Translations under genes and position numbers: made by a program
Shown here: positions 15,642 through 32,608 of the stretch, one piece after another
Position numbering within the stretch: position 1 is the first letter of the stretch
Layout of the letters: each line of letters opens with the position of its first letter
Notes under the pieces: model-generated
Database searches by the model: none
Told to the model about the DNA's origin: nothing
What the model saw: only the letters and a program-made list of their open reading frames with translations
From: the human T2T-CHM13v2.0 reference genome, Homo sapiens
Direction: 5' to 3' (one strand)
Assembly: GCF_009914755.1 (NCBI RefSeq)
Contig: NC_060928.1
DNA length: 64,000 bases

Positions 15642-16877
15642 TGATGTGTGTAAGAGTGTTTTGCAAATTTTAATGCACTCTTTTAATATGTATTGAGCAT
15701 TAACAATGTGCCAGGCACTGTGCAAGATGCTAACCTCAGCTTAGTTTTCTCTGCTGCAAATAAGCATTTGTCTTCACTTCAAGAGTTTTTTTATTCTTGG
15801 CACTAAATCTCACACACTCCCTTTCACAAGCAGTACTGGGCTACTTAGAGTTCTTGAAATCCATCAAGGTTTCTCAAATTTGCATGACTTGGAACATGTT
15901 TGTGTTTCCTAGATTGTCACTCTCTGGCCCCTTCTGCTTAATCAGGAAAGCCTGCCCCCTCCCTCTCCTTTTCCTCCCTCCAAACCCCTAGCCCTATGAT
16001 TCTTATTGCAGATGCTGGTGTCTCCGTTAGGACCCTTTGCACCCTGCTAACAATGTTTCCACACTGTGCTATAAACTCTGGTTTATTGTACAACATCTCC
16101 ATTAGACCAGTAAGGTACATGAAAGTAGGGATTGAGTTTTTATTTACTTTATATCCTCAATGCCTAGCACAATTTCTGGAGCAAACTTGGCACTCAGTAT
16201 TTTGCTGAATATACGAACGCCCCTTAATCCTAAAGATTTGCATTCAACTTCTTTTGTTTTCTGCTTCATGGGTTCTGCTGATTTATCCAACTTTGCTCTA
16301 TGCATAGGACTCAAATATCACGTGTTACCACTTTCCCAAATTTTTGGCGTTTGCTGGAGAGACCTCATTCTCATGGGATTCACCATATAATTTCAGACTC
16401 ACTGTGTACAAAATATAATTTTTAAAATTTTCCTGCCAAATAAGCCCTGTTTAAAATTCAGGTTAACACTGTCTCTACCTTCTATTAGCTCAAAACTTTC
16501 ATGTTGCCTTTCTCTTTTTCGAATCACATGTCCAATCTCTTGCCAAGGCTCATGAATTGCCCTCTCACAAATTTTTTTTGTTTTATTCTGTTTTATTTCT
16601 TCCGGAGTTTCAGGACTTCACCAGGAATTAGAAAAGTGTATTCATAAAAACTCTGCTCACTTGATATTTTAGATCCCTTACCAAGATAAAATAATTGTGT
16701 ACAGAATGTATAATGAGACTTTCAGATGATACTGTCTTTGCAAAAGAATTTTTTGCTGCTATTTCCATTTTTTCTTGCTGCTGCTTCAAACACAAGCAGA
16801 AATATATCTGGTTCTTAGTTTTATTATTTGTTAGTTTTACTACAATCACAGTTATATTGTTTGATTCTGTACCTTTG

Positions 16878-17439
16878 TGTTGAGTGAAATCAAAATATTT
16901 TACCCTAAAATACATTTCTTTGACATCTTTTGAAATGGCTGCCACGTGGCCAGCAGACTGAAGAGTGCTGCAAAGCTATCTTTTGTGGGAGAAATTTGCA
17001 TCAGTAGAGAATCTCCATTAATGCAGCCAGACTTTCCCTTTCTAGGCCTTTCCTGGAGGTAGGAGAGATTAACTAAGAGTCTGACACCTTTAAAGGTCTG
17101 AAAAGAAACATTTACCATCTACACTCTCTGAAGGCTGCTACCTATGAGGCTTCATCTACATAACAAGGCCATCTTCACTAACCAAGCCTCTTCTTTTCTT
17201 CCTCCCATAACCTGTCTTGCCACTAACAACTGTTTTTGGCCATGCTCTGAGCCAGCATTCTTTCTGTAAGCTCAGGAGGGTATATAAGCTTCTGTACTTC
17301 ATTGAGGAGTTTGGTCTTCATTCTGAAGGCTCTCATGCATGTTAAATAAATTTGTACACCTTTTCTCTTTTTAGTCAGTCTAACTCGTGGCAGTGATTTT
17401 TAGTGAATTGTTAGGGGGCCAAGGGCCTTGGCCTCCACA
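16878..17439 (+). mobile_element. ERV1 solo LTR, MER34A-like
   Basis: GAAATCAAAATATTTTACCCTAAAATACATTTCTTTGACAT...GAAATTTGCATC...GAGTCTGACACCTTTAAAGGTCTGAAAAG. TG...CA termini, TATATAA at 17281 and AATAAA at 17345. Confidence 0.75.
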
Positions 17440-18739
17440 GTGTAGAATACCAAGATATAACTATGGAATATGTAGGTGGTAATAGAGGATATATATCTTT
17501 ATGTCACTTTGGGTTTAGAGAAAATGAAATTAGGAAGAACAGTCTCAGGTTTTTCTTCTTCTGAAAATAACCCGAGATACTTGACAATAGTTCACAGGAG
17601 GAAATTACATGAAATAAATGTTGTAACATGGAGAATATAATCTGTTTCCTCCTGTCTTACTCAGGGTTAAGGAATTTTCATTTTTAAAGTAAATGTTTGT
17701 TTCTGCATAACTAATAGCTTAAGGAAAATAATTCTCATATTTTAACAAAGAATTTAAGAAATTCCCTTAGAACTCAGACCTAGCTAGGGTGACTACAAAT
17801 ACAGTATGCATACATTTGACAAAATTACCACTTCCTATCTTAGTACCAGAAGAAAAAGCAAGATAGAGAGCCAGCCTTGTTGGGAGATGAAAAAGAAGGA
17901 AATGGGACAAACTCCTAGATATTAAACAAGTCCTCCCCCAGCCCAGCACCACCTCAGAGCTCCATACATCTATCTCCTTCCCAAACATGTAAACTGATGT
18001 CAAATAAGATAATATGAACTGATTTGTGCAAATGATTGCAACTACTTTATAATTAAACATCTAGGGAATTATATATGTGAAATAGATATCTCTGCACATA
18101 CTAGAGATTTAATTGCATCCTGGATTAAAAGAAATTTTGACCCAAGATTGAAAACAGATGCTCAATCACTTCAGGTCCCAACGGTTGCTTTGTAAGCAAG
18201 GGACACTGGATTCTGTGCCTTCAAAAATGTTTTCCCCAACTTCATTGTTTTTTGCCAAATACTCATTAAAGAAGAAACACAAAGAACTCCACTGTTAGAT
18301 TTTTTTTCTGGGCTTCTTGAATGTTAGAAATCAACAGGATTAGCAATATTTGATTGGAAAATTTTCTTAGCATTTACTCTTGTGATTTGTCTCTAATCTG
18401 GAAGGAAACAGCTGACTTACTAAATCACCGTGTTACATCTTATTCTTCCAGCTTGTGAAAATTCAGTATCTGGAAATTAGATTGTGACTTGTCTCACTTT
18501 CTACCTTTATGTTTTTAACTTTATTCAAATGAGGAAATAACGTGTAATGGGAAGGTATTAGATATTCTTCCTCTTATTTTGCTGATGGGACAATGAGCCC
18601 ATCCAAAAAAGACATAAAAATGTATTTGAATAGAGAAATATACTAACAATTCTTGTTGCTACTTTGTTGACTTGATCATTATAGAAAACAGAAGTAATTT
18701 GAATTTCCCCACTCAGTCCAGGAATTAGAGAGATCCTTT

Positions 18740-19630
18740 GTTTAATTACACAACATACATGGATTGAGCCTCGGGCACTGTGCTGGGGACTGTGGTATAA
18801 TGGTGAACACAACAGATGCATCCTGGAGCCTTATAGTCTAGAAGGAAAGACAGATTTTAAACAAATTATTCTAAATAAATAATTAATTGCAACTGTGAAA
18901 AATTTTACAAAGAAGTACAAAGTATCTAATAATCATATCATTGAGGGAGACATATCATGCAAAGTTTCTGAGGTTAGAAAAACCTTGACACACTCCAGGA
19001 ACTGAAAAAGTTCCAATGCAGCTGCAGCATAAAGAACTGAGGTGTGGCTGGAGAGAGAGGCAGGGGCCAGATCACAGTGATCTGAGGCCATGTTACCAAG
19101 TTGGGATTGGATTCTGCAGACAGTGGGAAGCAACTGAAGAGTTTTTATGTTAAAAAAAAAATAGTGATCAGATTCGTGTTTCAGGAATATCACACTATCG
19201 ACAGCATGTAAACTAGTTCGGGTAAGCATTGATATGACTTGTGGCAATGGTGTTACTGGAGAGCTTGTGAGAGATACAGAAAGTAGAACTGTCATCTTGG
19301 TAACTGATGGGGTATGAAGAGTAAGGAGAAGGTTTTTGATTTGAGCAAGTGGGTAAACAGTAGTGTCTTATACAGAGACAGGAAACACTAGAAGAGGAGA
19401 TTTTAGTGTGTATGTGAAGAGAGGATATCATGTGTATTCTTTTGGAGTTACTAAGTTACAGGTGACTGTAAAACATCTAAACAGAATAAGCACTTATTTA
19501 TGAGGGTCTGATGCTGAAAAGTTAAATCCAGGCTGGAGATATTTGGTTATGATTATGAAAAAGAAGCCATGGGAGTGCTGAGATCACTTAGAAAGACAGT
19601 GTGGTGTGACAGAAGATGACAGAGCAGTAT
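18740..19630 (-). mobile_element. L2 fragment
   Basis: GTGCTGGGGAC...GGTGAACACAACAGA...GGAGCCTTATAGTCTAG and GCAGGGGCCAGATCAC, typical of reverse L2. Confidence 0.65.
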
Positions 19631-19706
19631 GACCATAGATCCCAGTGTGCCTGGGATAGTCCTAGTCAACACCCATTGCCCCAGCACAATCATTAATTGT
19701 GCCCCT

Positions 19707-20308
19707 TGATAGAGTTTGAATATGTGTCCCCACCCAAATCTCATGTTGAAGTATAATCCCTAGTGCTGGAGTTGGGGTCTGGTGGGAGGTGTTTAGATCA
19801 TGGGGGTAGACCCCTCATGCATGCTTGGTGGTACGTGAGCTCTTGCTCTGAGTTCACATGAGATCTGGTTGTTTAAAAACGTGTGGCACTTGTACTTCCC
19901 TACTCCCGCTCTCTCACTCGCTCCTGCTTTTGCCATATGATGTGCCTGCTCTCCCTTCACCTTCTGTCATGACTGTAAGCTTCCTGAGGCCTCCGTAGAA
20001 GCTGAACAGATGCCAGCACTTTGCTGCCTGTAAAGCCTGCAGAACTATAAGCAAATTGAACTTATTTTCTTTATATTCATAAATTACCCAGTTTCAGGTA
20101 TATCTTCATAGCAGTGCAAGAACGGCCTAACAGAAAATTAGTACCGAGCAGTGGGGCATTGCTATAAAGATACCTGAAAATATGGAAGCAGCTTTGGAAC
20201 TGGGTAACAGGCAGACGCTGGAAGAGTTTCATGGGCTCAGAAGAAGACGGGAAGCTGATGGAATGTTTGGAATCTCTTAGAGACTGGTTAAATGACTGTG
20301 ACCAAAAT
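19707..20308 (+). mobile_element. MSTA-like LTR (19707-20132) plus the start of the MST internal region
   Basis: The LTR ends GAACGGCCTAACA, followed by GAAAATTAGTACCGAGCAGTGGGGCATTGCTATAAAGATACCTGAAAAT (MaLR internal). Confidence 0.85.
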
Positions 20309-20518
20309 ACCTTCACCCACAAACCTCAAATCCCCAAGTGCACACAGGCACAGACACACACTCACCTATATCCACAGGCAAAGAAAGTTAAGGTAGCAAG
20401 GAGGCAAATCTACACTGTATTAATGAGGTTTTCTATATAAAATTAGAGGTAAAGCTTGAATAAGGTACAAATGCATGTTAAAAAGTGAAGCCACATGTCC
20501 ATGTAAAAACATTCCCTG

Positions 20519-20877
<359 letters not shown>

Positions 20878-21259
20878 TCACATAAATCCCTTGGAGGCTG
20901 AAAATGTTTCTTGCTTGACAAATCATACAAGACATTTCAAGGCCAATGCAATGGCTCTAAATGCTTGAAGATTTTGCTCCTGGTGACAATGTGGGAAATT
21001 GAAGATGGGGGGAGGAAAGTTCTATATTACAGGGGATGCTGAATATTTCATTTCTTTGGACACATCTTCATCAAGACACCACTAGTAAGTAGTATGGCAC
21101 AAGAAAAGGAGCTTTATACGGTGTACCTTTTAGTCAGAAAAAAAAACAGGTTTCTTATGCATTTAATTGCCATGCAGAAAAAAACTTTAAGGCAGCTCAT
21201 AATTTTCTGCATCTGATTATCAACACTGATCTATATTTACACTTGAGCTTTGTGTGTAT

Positions 21260-21532
21260 GGAATGGGAAACAGGGTCTCACTCTTGCCCAGGCTAGAGTG
21301 CAGTGGTGTAATCACCACTCACTGCAGCCTTGACCTTCCCAGGCTCAGGTGATCCTGCCACCTCAGTCTCCTGAGTAGCTCAGACTATAGGCGCACATCC
21401 GCAGCTAATTTTTGCAGAGACAGAGTCTTGCCGTGCTGCCCAGGCTGGTCTCGAACTCTTAGGCTCAAGTGATCCACCTGCATCGGCCTCCCAAAGTGCT
21501 GGGATTACAGGTGTGAGCCACAGCGCCCAGCC
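21260..21532 (-). mobile_element. AluJ
   Basis: CACTGCAGCCTTGACC and GGCTCAAGTGATCC, J-type; diverged. Confidence 0.85.
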
Positions 21533-22295
21533 TAGTGAAGAGATTTAATTAATAAGGGGAATAACTCCTTTATTTTTACCTTCATGTGTCCTGATTGAAA
21601 CTTTCTGATTGTTTTCTGTATTAGGTCCCACAAAAATAGTGTCCAATTCAAAGATAAATTTGGGGCCTTAAGTACAATATTTCAACCACTAACACACATG
21701 TGTGTTATGAGCACTGAATAGGAATAAGATATCTTCAGAAATGTGGGTTGTACTTGGGATCTGCCTCACAAGAAGATTGCATGTGAAATTCTCTGAAGGT
21801 TCCCTGTGATGCACAAGGCAGAAGAAGCAGGTGTACACGAAAAATCAGAAGAACCAAAGCCCCAGGTGCGTGGTCTTTGATGTGAGAGATTTGCCATTCC
21901 CAAAGACATTATTGTTTCTGCTACATGTGGCTTAGCAAGCAGGACGTGGGGAGGGCCCTGGCAAGACAGTGAAAATCAGTCCCATGGAAGCTTGGTATCA
22001 GAGGTGAGACCCAGTACTATAGAAATTAGTGCTTTTTCTTCTTAAAATTTGGGACTAGAATATTTAAGCAAATGTGATATATTCTTACAGTGGAATATTG
22101 AGCATTTTTTCAATAATGTTTTAAATATCCATTGTCATCTCATTATATAAACACATCAGAAAACATGCACAGAAAAAAAGACATCTATAGCCATTTTGTG
22201 TCTTCCCAGTTCCACTTTGTGTATAACTAGTTGTACTTCGTTTTCTAGCCTTAGATATTTGTGTGGTTGTCTACTGTACATTTATAAGAATCCCG

Positions 22296-22577
22296 GGACG
22301 AGTGCCGTGACTCATGCCTGTAATCTCGGCATTTTGGGAGGCTGAGGTGGGCGGATCACCTGAGGCCAGGAGTTTGAGACCAGCCTGGCCAACATGGCGA
22401 AACTCCGTCTCTACTAAAATTTCAAAAATTAGCTGGGCATGGTGGTACATGTCTGTAGCCCCAGCTACTTGGGAGGCGGAGGCAGCAGAATAGCTTGAAC
22501 CCGGGAGGTGGAGCTTGCAGTGAGCCGTGATCGTGCCATTACACTCCAGCCTGGGCGACAGAGCAAGACTACGTCTC

Positions 22578-22606
<29 letters not shown>
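22296..22606 (+). mobile_element. AluS with long A tail
   Basis: Full dimer; AAGAATC flanks both ends. Confidence 0.93.
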
Positions 22607-22608
<2 letters not shown>

Positions 22609-22645
22609 ATCACCTAAACTTACCTTGCAATCTAACCATGATTAA

Positions 22646-23213
<568 letters not shown>

Positions 23214-23402
23214 TAGTCTAGGTTTTCAAACAGCACTTTTTGAGGGCAGGGGGAAATAGGTCACTGCTAAACAAGCTTGAAAACCACTCTTCTACAGGAT
23301 ACTATAGAACTTCTTTACATGGAATGTGATCTGATCTCTGCTTTCCTATCTAGCCTTCCCTTTTTCACTTCTACCTTCTTACTCTCTGAACTCCATATAT
23401 AT

Positions 23403-24081
<679 letters not shown>

Positions 24082-24661
24082 TGTGCCATGACCATTCTGC
24101 CCTCTATACCTTTGCACACTCAATTAGCTTTTAGAATGTCCTCCTTCTAGCTCCACCCACCACCAATGTTGTCTGCCATCCACCAAAGCTAAGCTCAGTG
24201 TGCCCTTCTCTGTGCAATATTCCCAATTCTCCCAGACAGACTTTGATGCTTATATTTATCAGGCTTATTGCTTATTAAGGAGCAGAAACTGAGTCAAGCC
24301 ATCAAATATGATAAAAGAGAGATAGGAATTGCATGAGAATCAACAAAAATAAACCATCATAAGACTGTGCCACCTGAAGTGTCAAAGAGCTTTAGAGACC
24401 TCAAGCAACAGGCTGGGGGTGGATCTTCAATGGAATATCCTGTTATTGTCAGAGCAGTTCAGCTATCCTTTTCTGTCTACTTCTCTTCTTTCTACCAAAT
24501 AACTTCCTCACCGTCTACTCTGTATACCTGATTTCAAATCCTTGTTCTCCCACATGCCGGCTATATAATCTTGGGCAAACTACTAAATCACTTTGTGTGT
24601 CATCTGTACAAAGGTGAGATAGGAAAAGCATAAGATTATCGAAGGAGAATATGTTAGCTAT

Positions 24662-25707
24662 TGTATTCCATCAACTCCCAAATGCACATTTTCATCCACA
24701 TTTTAATACCTCTGAAGTCGGGTTGGATTTTACAATTGCTGTCTGGCAGACAGGAGTCAAGTTGTGAGGTAGTTGTTATTGCCTGTCCATGTGCAAACGT
24801 GCTTGTTATTCCTGGCTGCATGACTGAACAACTGCAGCCTCTCCATGTTTGACTCAGGAAACTATTTAAGGACTATTTGAGGCAGGACTATGAGTCCTGG
24901 CTGCTGTCTGAAAACCTTTTATTGACACTTTTTGATAAGATCAAGAACATTCCAGTATCAAAACACAGAATAGGTTTTGGAAAAAATCCAGAGAACAATG
25001 ATGCAGCAGTCTTTTAAGAACTGCTACATCTTTTAAGAAATGCTGCCCAATGCTCTTGATGGCCATAAGATTATCTTCTACAGAAAAACACAAGCATCGC
25101 CAGGCGCAGTGGCTCACGCCTGTAATCCCAGCACTTTGGGAGGCCGAGGCAGGCGGATCACCTAAGGTTAGGAGTTCGAGATCAGCCTGGCCAACATGGT
25201 GAAACCCCATCTCCACTAAAAATACAAAAATTAGCTAGGCGTCATGGCAGGCGCCTGTAATCCCAGCTACTCACGAGGCTGAGGTAGGACAATTGCTTGA
25301 ACCCAGGAGATGGAGTTTGCAGTGAGCGGAGATTGTGCCACAGCACTCCAGCTCGGGCGACAGAGCGAGACTCCGTGCCAAAAGGAAAAAAAAAAAGAAA
25401 AACACAAGCATTAATGACTGAGTCAAAAAGTAATTCAGAAGAATCAGACTCTGAAGTAGTTTTAGGGACCCTAATATATTTATTTTGCTTACATTTTTCT
25501 TTTCAGGTGTGCACAAGAATGATATGTGACAAAATCTGTGCATAAATCAGCATTAAAAAGCCATATTAATAAGTATTTAATGTAAAACTATAAGTGATAA
25601 GGAAGCATTGTGTCAAGAGTGAATTAGCAGCATTTAAAAAAATTTCGTAGTAGTCCATAAAAGAAAAATGCATCATACAATTGACATCTTAGATTTGATG
25701 AAATGTG
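24662..25707. mobile_element. TcMar-Tc2 (Kanga/MER104-like) DNA transposon remnant, interrupted by an AluS (25099-25396, +)
   Basis: Left end TGTATTCCATCAACTCCCAAATGCACATTTT...CACATTTTAATACCTCTGAAGTCGGG and right end CATCTTAGATTTGATGAAATGTG resemble decayed MER104/Kanga termini. Alu TSD AGAAAAACACAAGCAT at 25082-25097 and 25396-25411. Confidence 0.6.
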
Positions 25708-25713
25708 ATATTT

Positions 25714-26015
25714 GGCCAGGCACGGTGGCTCCTGCCTGTAATACCAGCACTTTAGAGGCCAAGGCAGGCGGATCACGAGGTCAGGAGTTCAAAAGCAGCC
25801 TGACCAACATGGTGAAACCCCGTCTCTACTAAAAATGCAAAAATTAGCCGGACGTAGTGCGCACACCTGTAATCCCAGCTACTCAGGAGGCTGATGCAGG
25901 AGAATCCTTGAACCTGGGAGGCGAAGGTTGCAGTGAGCCAAGGTTGTGCCACCACACTCCAGCTTGGATGACAGAGCGAGACTCTGTCTCAAAAAAAAAA
26001 AAAAAAAGAAAAAAG
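25714..26015 (+). mobile_element. AluS
   Basis: Full dimer with A tail. Confidence 0.93.
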
Positions 26016-27321
26016 AAACAAGAAAGATGATATTTTTGTTATTATTACCTAAGGATTTGTGTTTAGTCATCACTTTTACTAACTCATGGTCCCGCATCGC
26101 CCTTCTCTTCATGACTTTGAAGATTCTATTTCATAAAGTAACTGCCTTATTCTTTCCATAATTTCCAGGCTGGACCAGCTCATTCTTTTTTTCTAACAGT
26201 CTTTTTTTTTTAATTAAGAAAAAAGAGAGAGAGAGAAACCAAGACATCTTTAGGCTATGGCCTAGGCTATGGATTGGCTGTCGTTAGATCTTGAGCCTGA
26301 GCTCATCCCTATTCCCATCAACTGAGGCACTGCCTACAGCTAGCCCATGAATTTGTTTTCATCTTTGTATCCCTAATACTTAGCACAGTACCACACCTAG
26401 TACCAATACGCAGTTGTTAGATTGATGGGTGTATGAACCAAAATGATCTTGGAAGCAAGTGAAGTCCATGACTCACTTACCATATAGAGCTGGACAATGA
26501 ATTGAAAAGTTTTAATTTTTTTCAAATCACAATAGCATCCCTACCTTACTTGCTATTACAAATATTTGATCTCAATTTTCTATAAGTGTAGTATTTGCAA
26601 TTTTTTCATGGATTAAGGTTTCTTAGTATCTATACATTATCTTCACTGGGGAATTTTTCAGCAATCATTTTGATGGTCTAATTGATTAACTCTTTAATGG
26701 AACATAAATACTGCTTGATATCTCTGGGCCACAGCAGCAAATTATAATCAATATTCCATTCCTTGAGTTGGCCAGACATAGCTATAAAATATTAGTGATC
26801 TCTTATGCACACTTTTCTCCCTAAAAATGCTTTTTTTCTCCTCTTACTTCTTTCAAAATTGAACAGAAGTGAATGGAAGAGATTGCAATGCCTCTAACTT
26901 TTCTGATGAATATAGATTCATCAATTTTATTGTCTTTGGGATCAAGCCCAGATCATCATGTTGGCATTAAGGTCCCTCTGTAATTCGTCCTTAGCTTACT
27001 TATCCAATTTTGACAAGAAATCTTCCCTTCCACTCATGTAAGTCTTGTAAATTGACCACAATCACGATGTGCCTACACCTATTTGCACATTCCAGTATTT
27101 CCTTGTGCCATGCACTAAGGGTAAGCTGTCTTTTTCTTTTCCTCTTCTACGAATCCTATTTATTTTAGGATAAGTTTCAAGTTCTTCTTCCTATAATGAT
27201 TAATACTTTATATTTTATAGCAATATATAATTTATGCTATGTGTTAACATAAATATTTCTCTTTGGTCTTAATTCTCCCTACAGCACCCTTTTAACATTT
27301 AACATAGCAGATCTTTCATAG

Positions 27322-27624
<303 letters not shown>

Positions 27625-27689
27625 CATAGCAGATCTTTAAACATTTTGAACAGATAACCATCAGCTGCAAAACCTCTTATGACTTTAGA

Positions 27690-28165
27690 AAAAAATCCAG
27701 AGTCTTTATTATGGGCTACAAGGCTCTAAATGATATAGCTGTAGCCTTCCTTTCTGACCTCCTCTTTACCATGTTTCCTCTCCCTAGTTCCACGTGATAT
27801 TTCCTAGGGCCTTTTCACTGGCCATTTCTCCTGCTGGATTCCTGCTTCCCCACTAGTGGCTCACTCCCTCACCTCATCATGGCTCTGCCCAAATCTCACT
27901 TCCTCAGAGAGACCCTTCTTGGCCACCCTCGCTAAAGCAGTCATCACCTCTCAACCCCTATCACTCCAGCCAAGCTTCATTTTCTCATGGCAGTACTTAC
28001 CATTACTGTCACAAAATATTAGTTTGTTTATTGCCTGTCTCTTCCTCCTACATGTGAACTCTCATAAGGAATGAGGACAGGGGCTTTTTCTGTCTTGTTC
28101 ATAATGCATTCATCTTCCTTGGCATGATGTAGGTGCTTAGTAAATATTTATTAAACAAATGCATA
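27690..28165 (+). mobile_element. L2 3' fragment
   Basis: TGGCTCACTCCCTCACCTC...TCCTCAGAGAGACCCTT...TAGGTGCTTAGTAAATATTTATT. Confidence 0.7.
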
Positions 28166-30266
28166 AATTATTGAGAGTATGAATTAAAAAACTGAATTAG
28201 GTTTGATCTCCAAACCTAATTCTGTGTAGTGTAGCCACTTCACAGGTGACCATTTGGGATTCGGGAGGGAAAGAGATTTGTGAAAGTAACATAGCCAGTG
28301 AAGGAAACAAGCCAAAGTAGAAGACATTCCTGTTATTCTCAGCTGCTTACAATTTCCCCTGTTACTCACTGTCCTCTTTCTTTTGTGTCTTCCTCTAGGA
28401 GGCTGGTTGTCTTATTTAATATATGTAAAAATGTAAATTGATGCTTTGTTTTTCTTCCCAGACTTTAACTCAGCCTGAGCACTCATCTTACTCCATACAC
28501 ATGGCTTCTATTGATTTATGTGTTAGAAAAATCCAAATCCATTTTGAAAAGGGAGACATTTTCCAATATTGAGATTATTTACCATATATACAATATCCCA
28601 TATACAATATTGATATACAATATTGAGATATTTCGAGAGAATGTGATGTAAGCCCAGATGATATTAACAATACAAGGAATATTTACAAGGACTCGTATTG
28701 TAAATATATATTTACAATTACACAATATACATACAATTATACAATATGAATATAAAGAGAGATTTGTACAGTTGTAGTATTATTGGAATAAGTACCTTTT
28801 CTAAGTAACTACTTCAAGAGGGCAAACACCTTTATCGATATATTAATTCTTATATATTAGCTAAAACTCAATGTCCCCACTACTTTATCTTCTCCATCAA
28901 TACTGTAACTTCCTATAGACAGATAAAGCCTTTTCATGTCTTTAGATTCCTCAAAAAGTTGCCAATATATATTATGAATTTTTTTGCAGTTTTATTAAAA
29001 GCTTATTCTAAACCATATGGCAGTATTGCAAAAGAAAAAAGAAACTAATGTAAAGCGGTGATCACTGTGAAAACCCAGTTCCTAGACTCAAGTACATTTT
29101 TTGTTTGAAATTTGAAATGACTTATTTTTAACAATAGGTGGCGCTTCACAGGTTTTTTTGTGTGTGAGGTTAAATGCACTGGCTATATGAAATATATCTG
29201 TGCTATCAATTTTTTAAGTTAATACAAGAACACTGATTCATATAATACATTGGTAAGTAATGGAAACTATTGCTATTAAACTTACCGTATTTATGGAGCA
29301 TCAAAACTAACATTCTAAGAGATTATAAAAAAGGCAGCAGTAAATATACCTTTTGAAAATATGTAGGATTCTGTTTTTTTACTTTTCTATTTATTTTCAA
29401 CTTTTATAAATGTTATTCAATCACTTTTTAAAATATGCATTTGCTTTTTTTACTCAATGATCACAAAGAGTTTACAAATTTTATAGAAGGGATTTTTACT
29501 ATTTATAATGATCTCTATCTTAACTAGAAGTACAATATTAATGATTGAAAATTCCAGATAAATGATAAGGTGAGCAGGGCTCAGCAGGTGTGTAATCTCA
29601 AATTATTAGCAGATAGCTGGTCCAAAATCCCCCTCATGCACACATACAGCAATACTATTATTAAAATCAGAGTTCTCAGGCTCAGAAAAACAAAAGTAAA
29701 ATAGAATTGCCTCAAAACAGTTATAAGGCAAATAAAATCATTATTTGGGGTGAAGAACCTAGAAAAAGGGGGCCTTAAACATTTCCTCATCATACAATGT
29801 GATTGAGGCAATGATAACTAATAATTTGTACAGAACTTTAAAGCTTATAAAGTCCTTGCATATATAATGAGTCATTCAGTAGCACTAGGATTTGGGAAGA
29901 GCAAGTATTTTTATTAACTTCAGGTTATTGATGAGAAAGCAGGTTCAGAGAAATTAAGTGAAGGTTACCTAGCTAGAAAGTGGCAAAGTTGGGACTTCAT
30001 ATCATCTGATCCTATATCTGGTACTCTTTTCATAATACCATGCTATTTTCCTAGTTATAATACTGGACATAGGGGCATTATGATTAAATATGACACATAA
30101 GCTAAAGTTATAGACCATGATATACAAGGATAATATCGTCAGAACTCAGGTCTTCAATACATGTATCCTATCAATTATTATAGACCACTTGAAATGTTTA
30201 TATAAATGGAGTTATTAGAAATGTGACAAGAAAATTACAAATCAAGGGAAACTCTAAGTATAAACT

Positions 30267-30953
<687 letters not shown>

Positions 30954-32290
30954 TTCTTTTTTCAATATTAGTCATTCTCTGTTCTTAAAGGGTATGGCTA
31001 TAGTTGTTTCATCAAATCAATATTCTACTTTTTTTTCCGTTCAAATAAAGGATAAACTGTAGCCTTTGACGTAGGTTATTTCAATAGGAAATATTATAGT
31101 GAGGAAGCCCTAAGAGATGCTTTTTTTGTTTTGTTTTTGTTTTAATGAGAACACACTTTTATTTTCTTACTGTGCTATCTTTGGGGGACAGTTACAAGTT
31201 TAACTTAACGTAGATTCTTACGTGCTTGTCTCTGAAGATTAAGATAGCAGTAGGTAGTTGTGGGAATGAGAGATTGATAAATTTTGTTGACCAGAATCAA
31301 AGATGATACCAGGTGATCATTATAAGGGCCATTCCACTTCTTGTTTCAAAATACAAATCAGCGGAAGAGATGGCTAATCTTGTTTTCTCATGAAAATAAA
31401 GAACAAGTCAAGGCTTGGGGGGAACATCTGACATCACTGGAAGAGGAAAGAAGACAGGATTTATTTTGCAATTAGCTAGGTAAGAATGAGGACTGTTTTG
31501 TACGTAGGGCAAAAATGTTTCCTTAGACAATCTTACCATGTGGGTTTAATTAGTAAAATCTTTAATATATAGTAGGGATGCAGTTTATCTGAACTCTTGT
31601 CACTTTTATTCTCTCCAAAGGAATATGGCACTTAAGAAATAAAGCGCACCAATTTAGGACACGTCCAGGTATATTTCTTTCTTTTCTGACAACTTGCAGA
31701 AAAATAGAATCGCCTGTGACAAAGTACACAAATGATTAGTTGAATTATAGAGCTGACACAAACTACAAATCATTCAGTGTAATTTACTCAACGTATTGCT
31801 TGATTTGCCCACTTCCAGAATTTGAAACCAATACGGAACATTCGTATTTCAAATAAGGCAGAAGGATGAGAATTACGCTTATGAAAATGAAGAGAATGTT
31901 TATGGAAAATTTACAGAATAGGTTGGTCTATTTCTGTCAACTACAAAGATTGTTTACAAAAGGAAACTGAAAATAAAATGGCCTATCCTTGCCAGCTTTT
32001 CTTGGGAAGTATAGTAATATAGTGACTATTGCCCTAAAAGGAAAGTAAAGAGAACTTAGTTTCCATTACCGGTCTTCATTGATTTATGACATGCTTATAA
32101 GCTAACTCATCAATGTCTGTGATTATTTAGTTTGTGTGTTTGTTTCTCAACAAGATAAAAAGACTGTGATACATTTATTTATCATGACTTCACAGAAACA
32201 TTAGGAGAATTAATAACGTATTATTTTTCAAAAGCTTGGAACACATGATTGTTATTTTTATTTTGGCAAATAAAGTAGATACATGAATAA

Positions 32291-32608
<318 letters not shown>

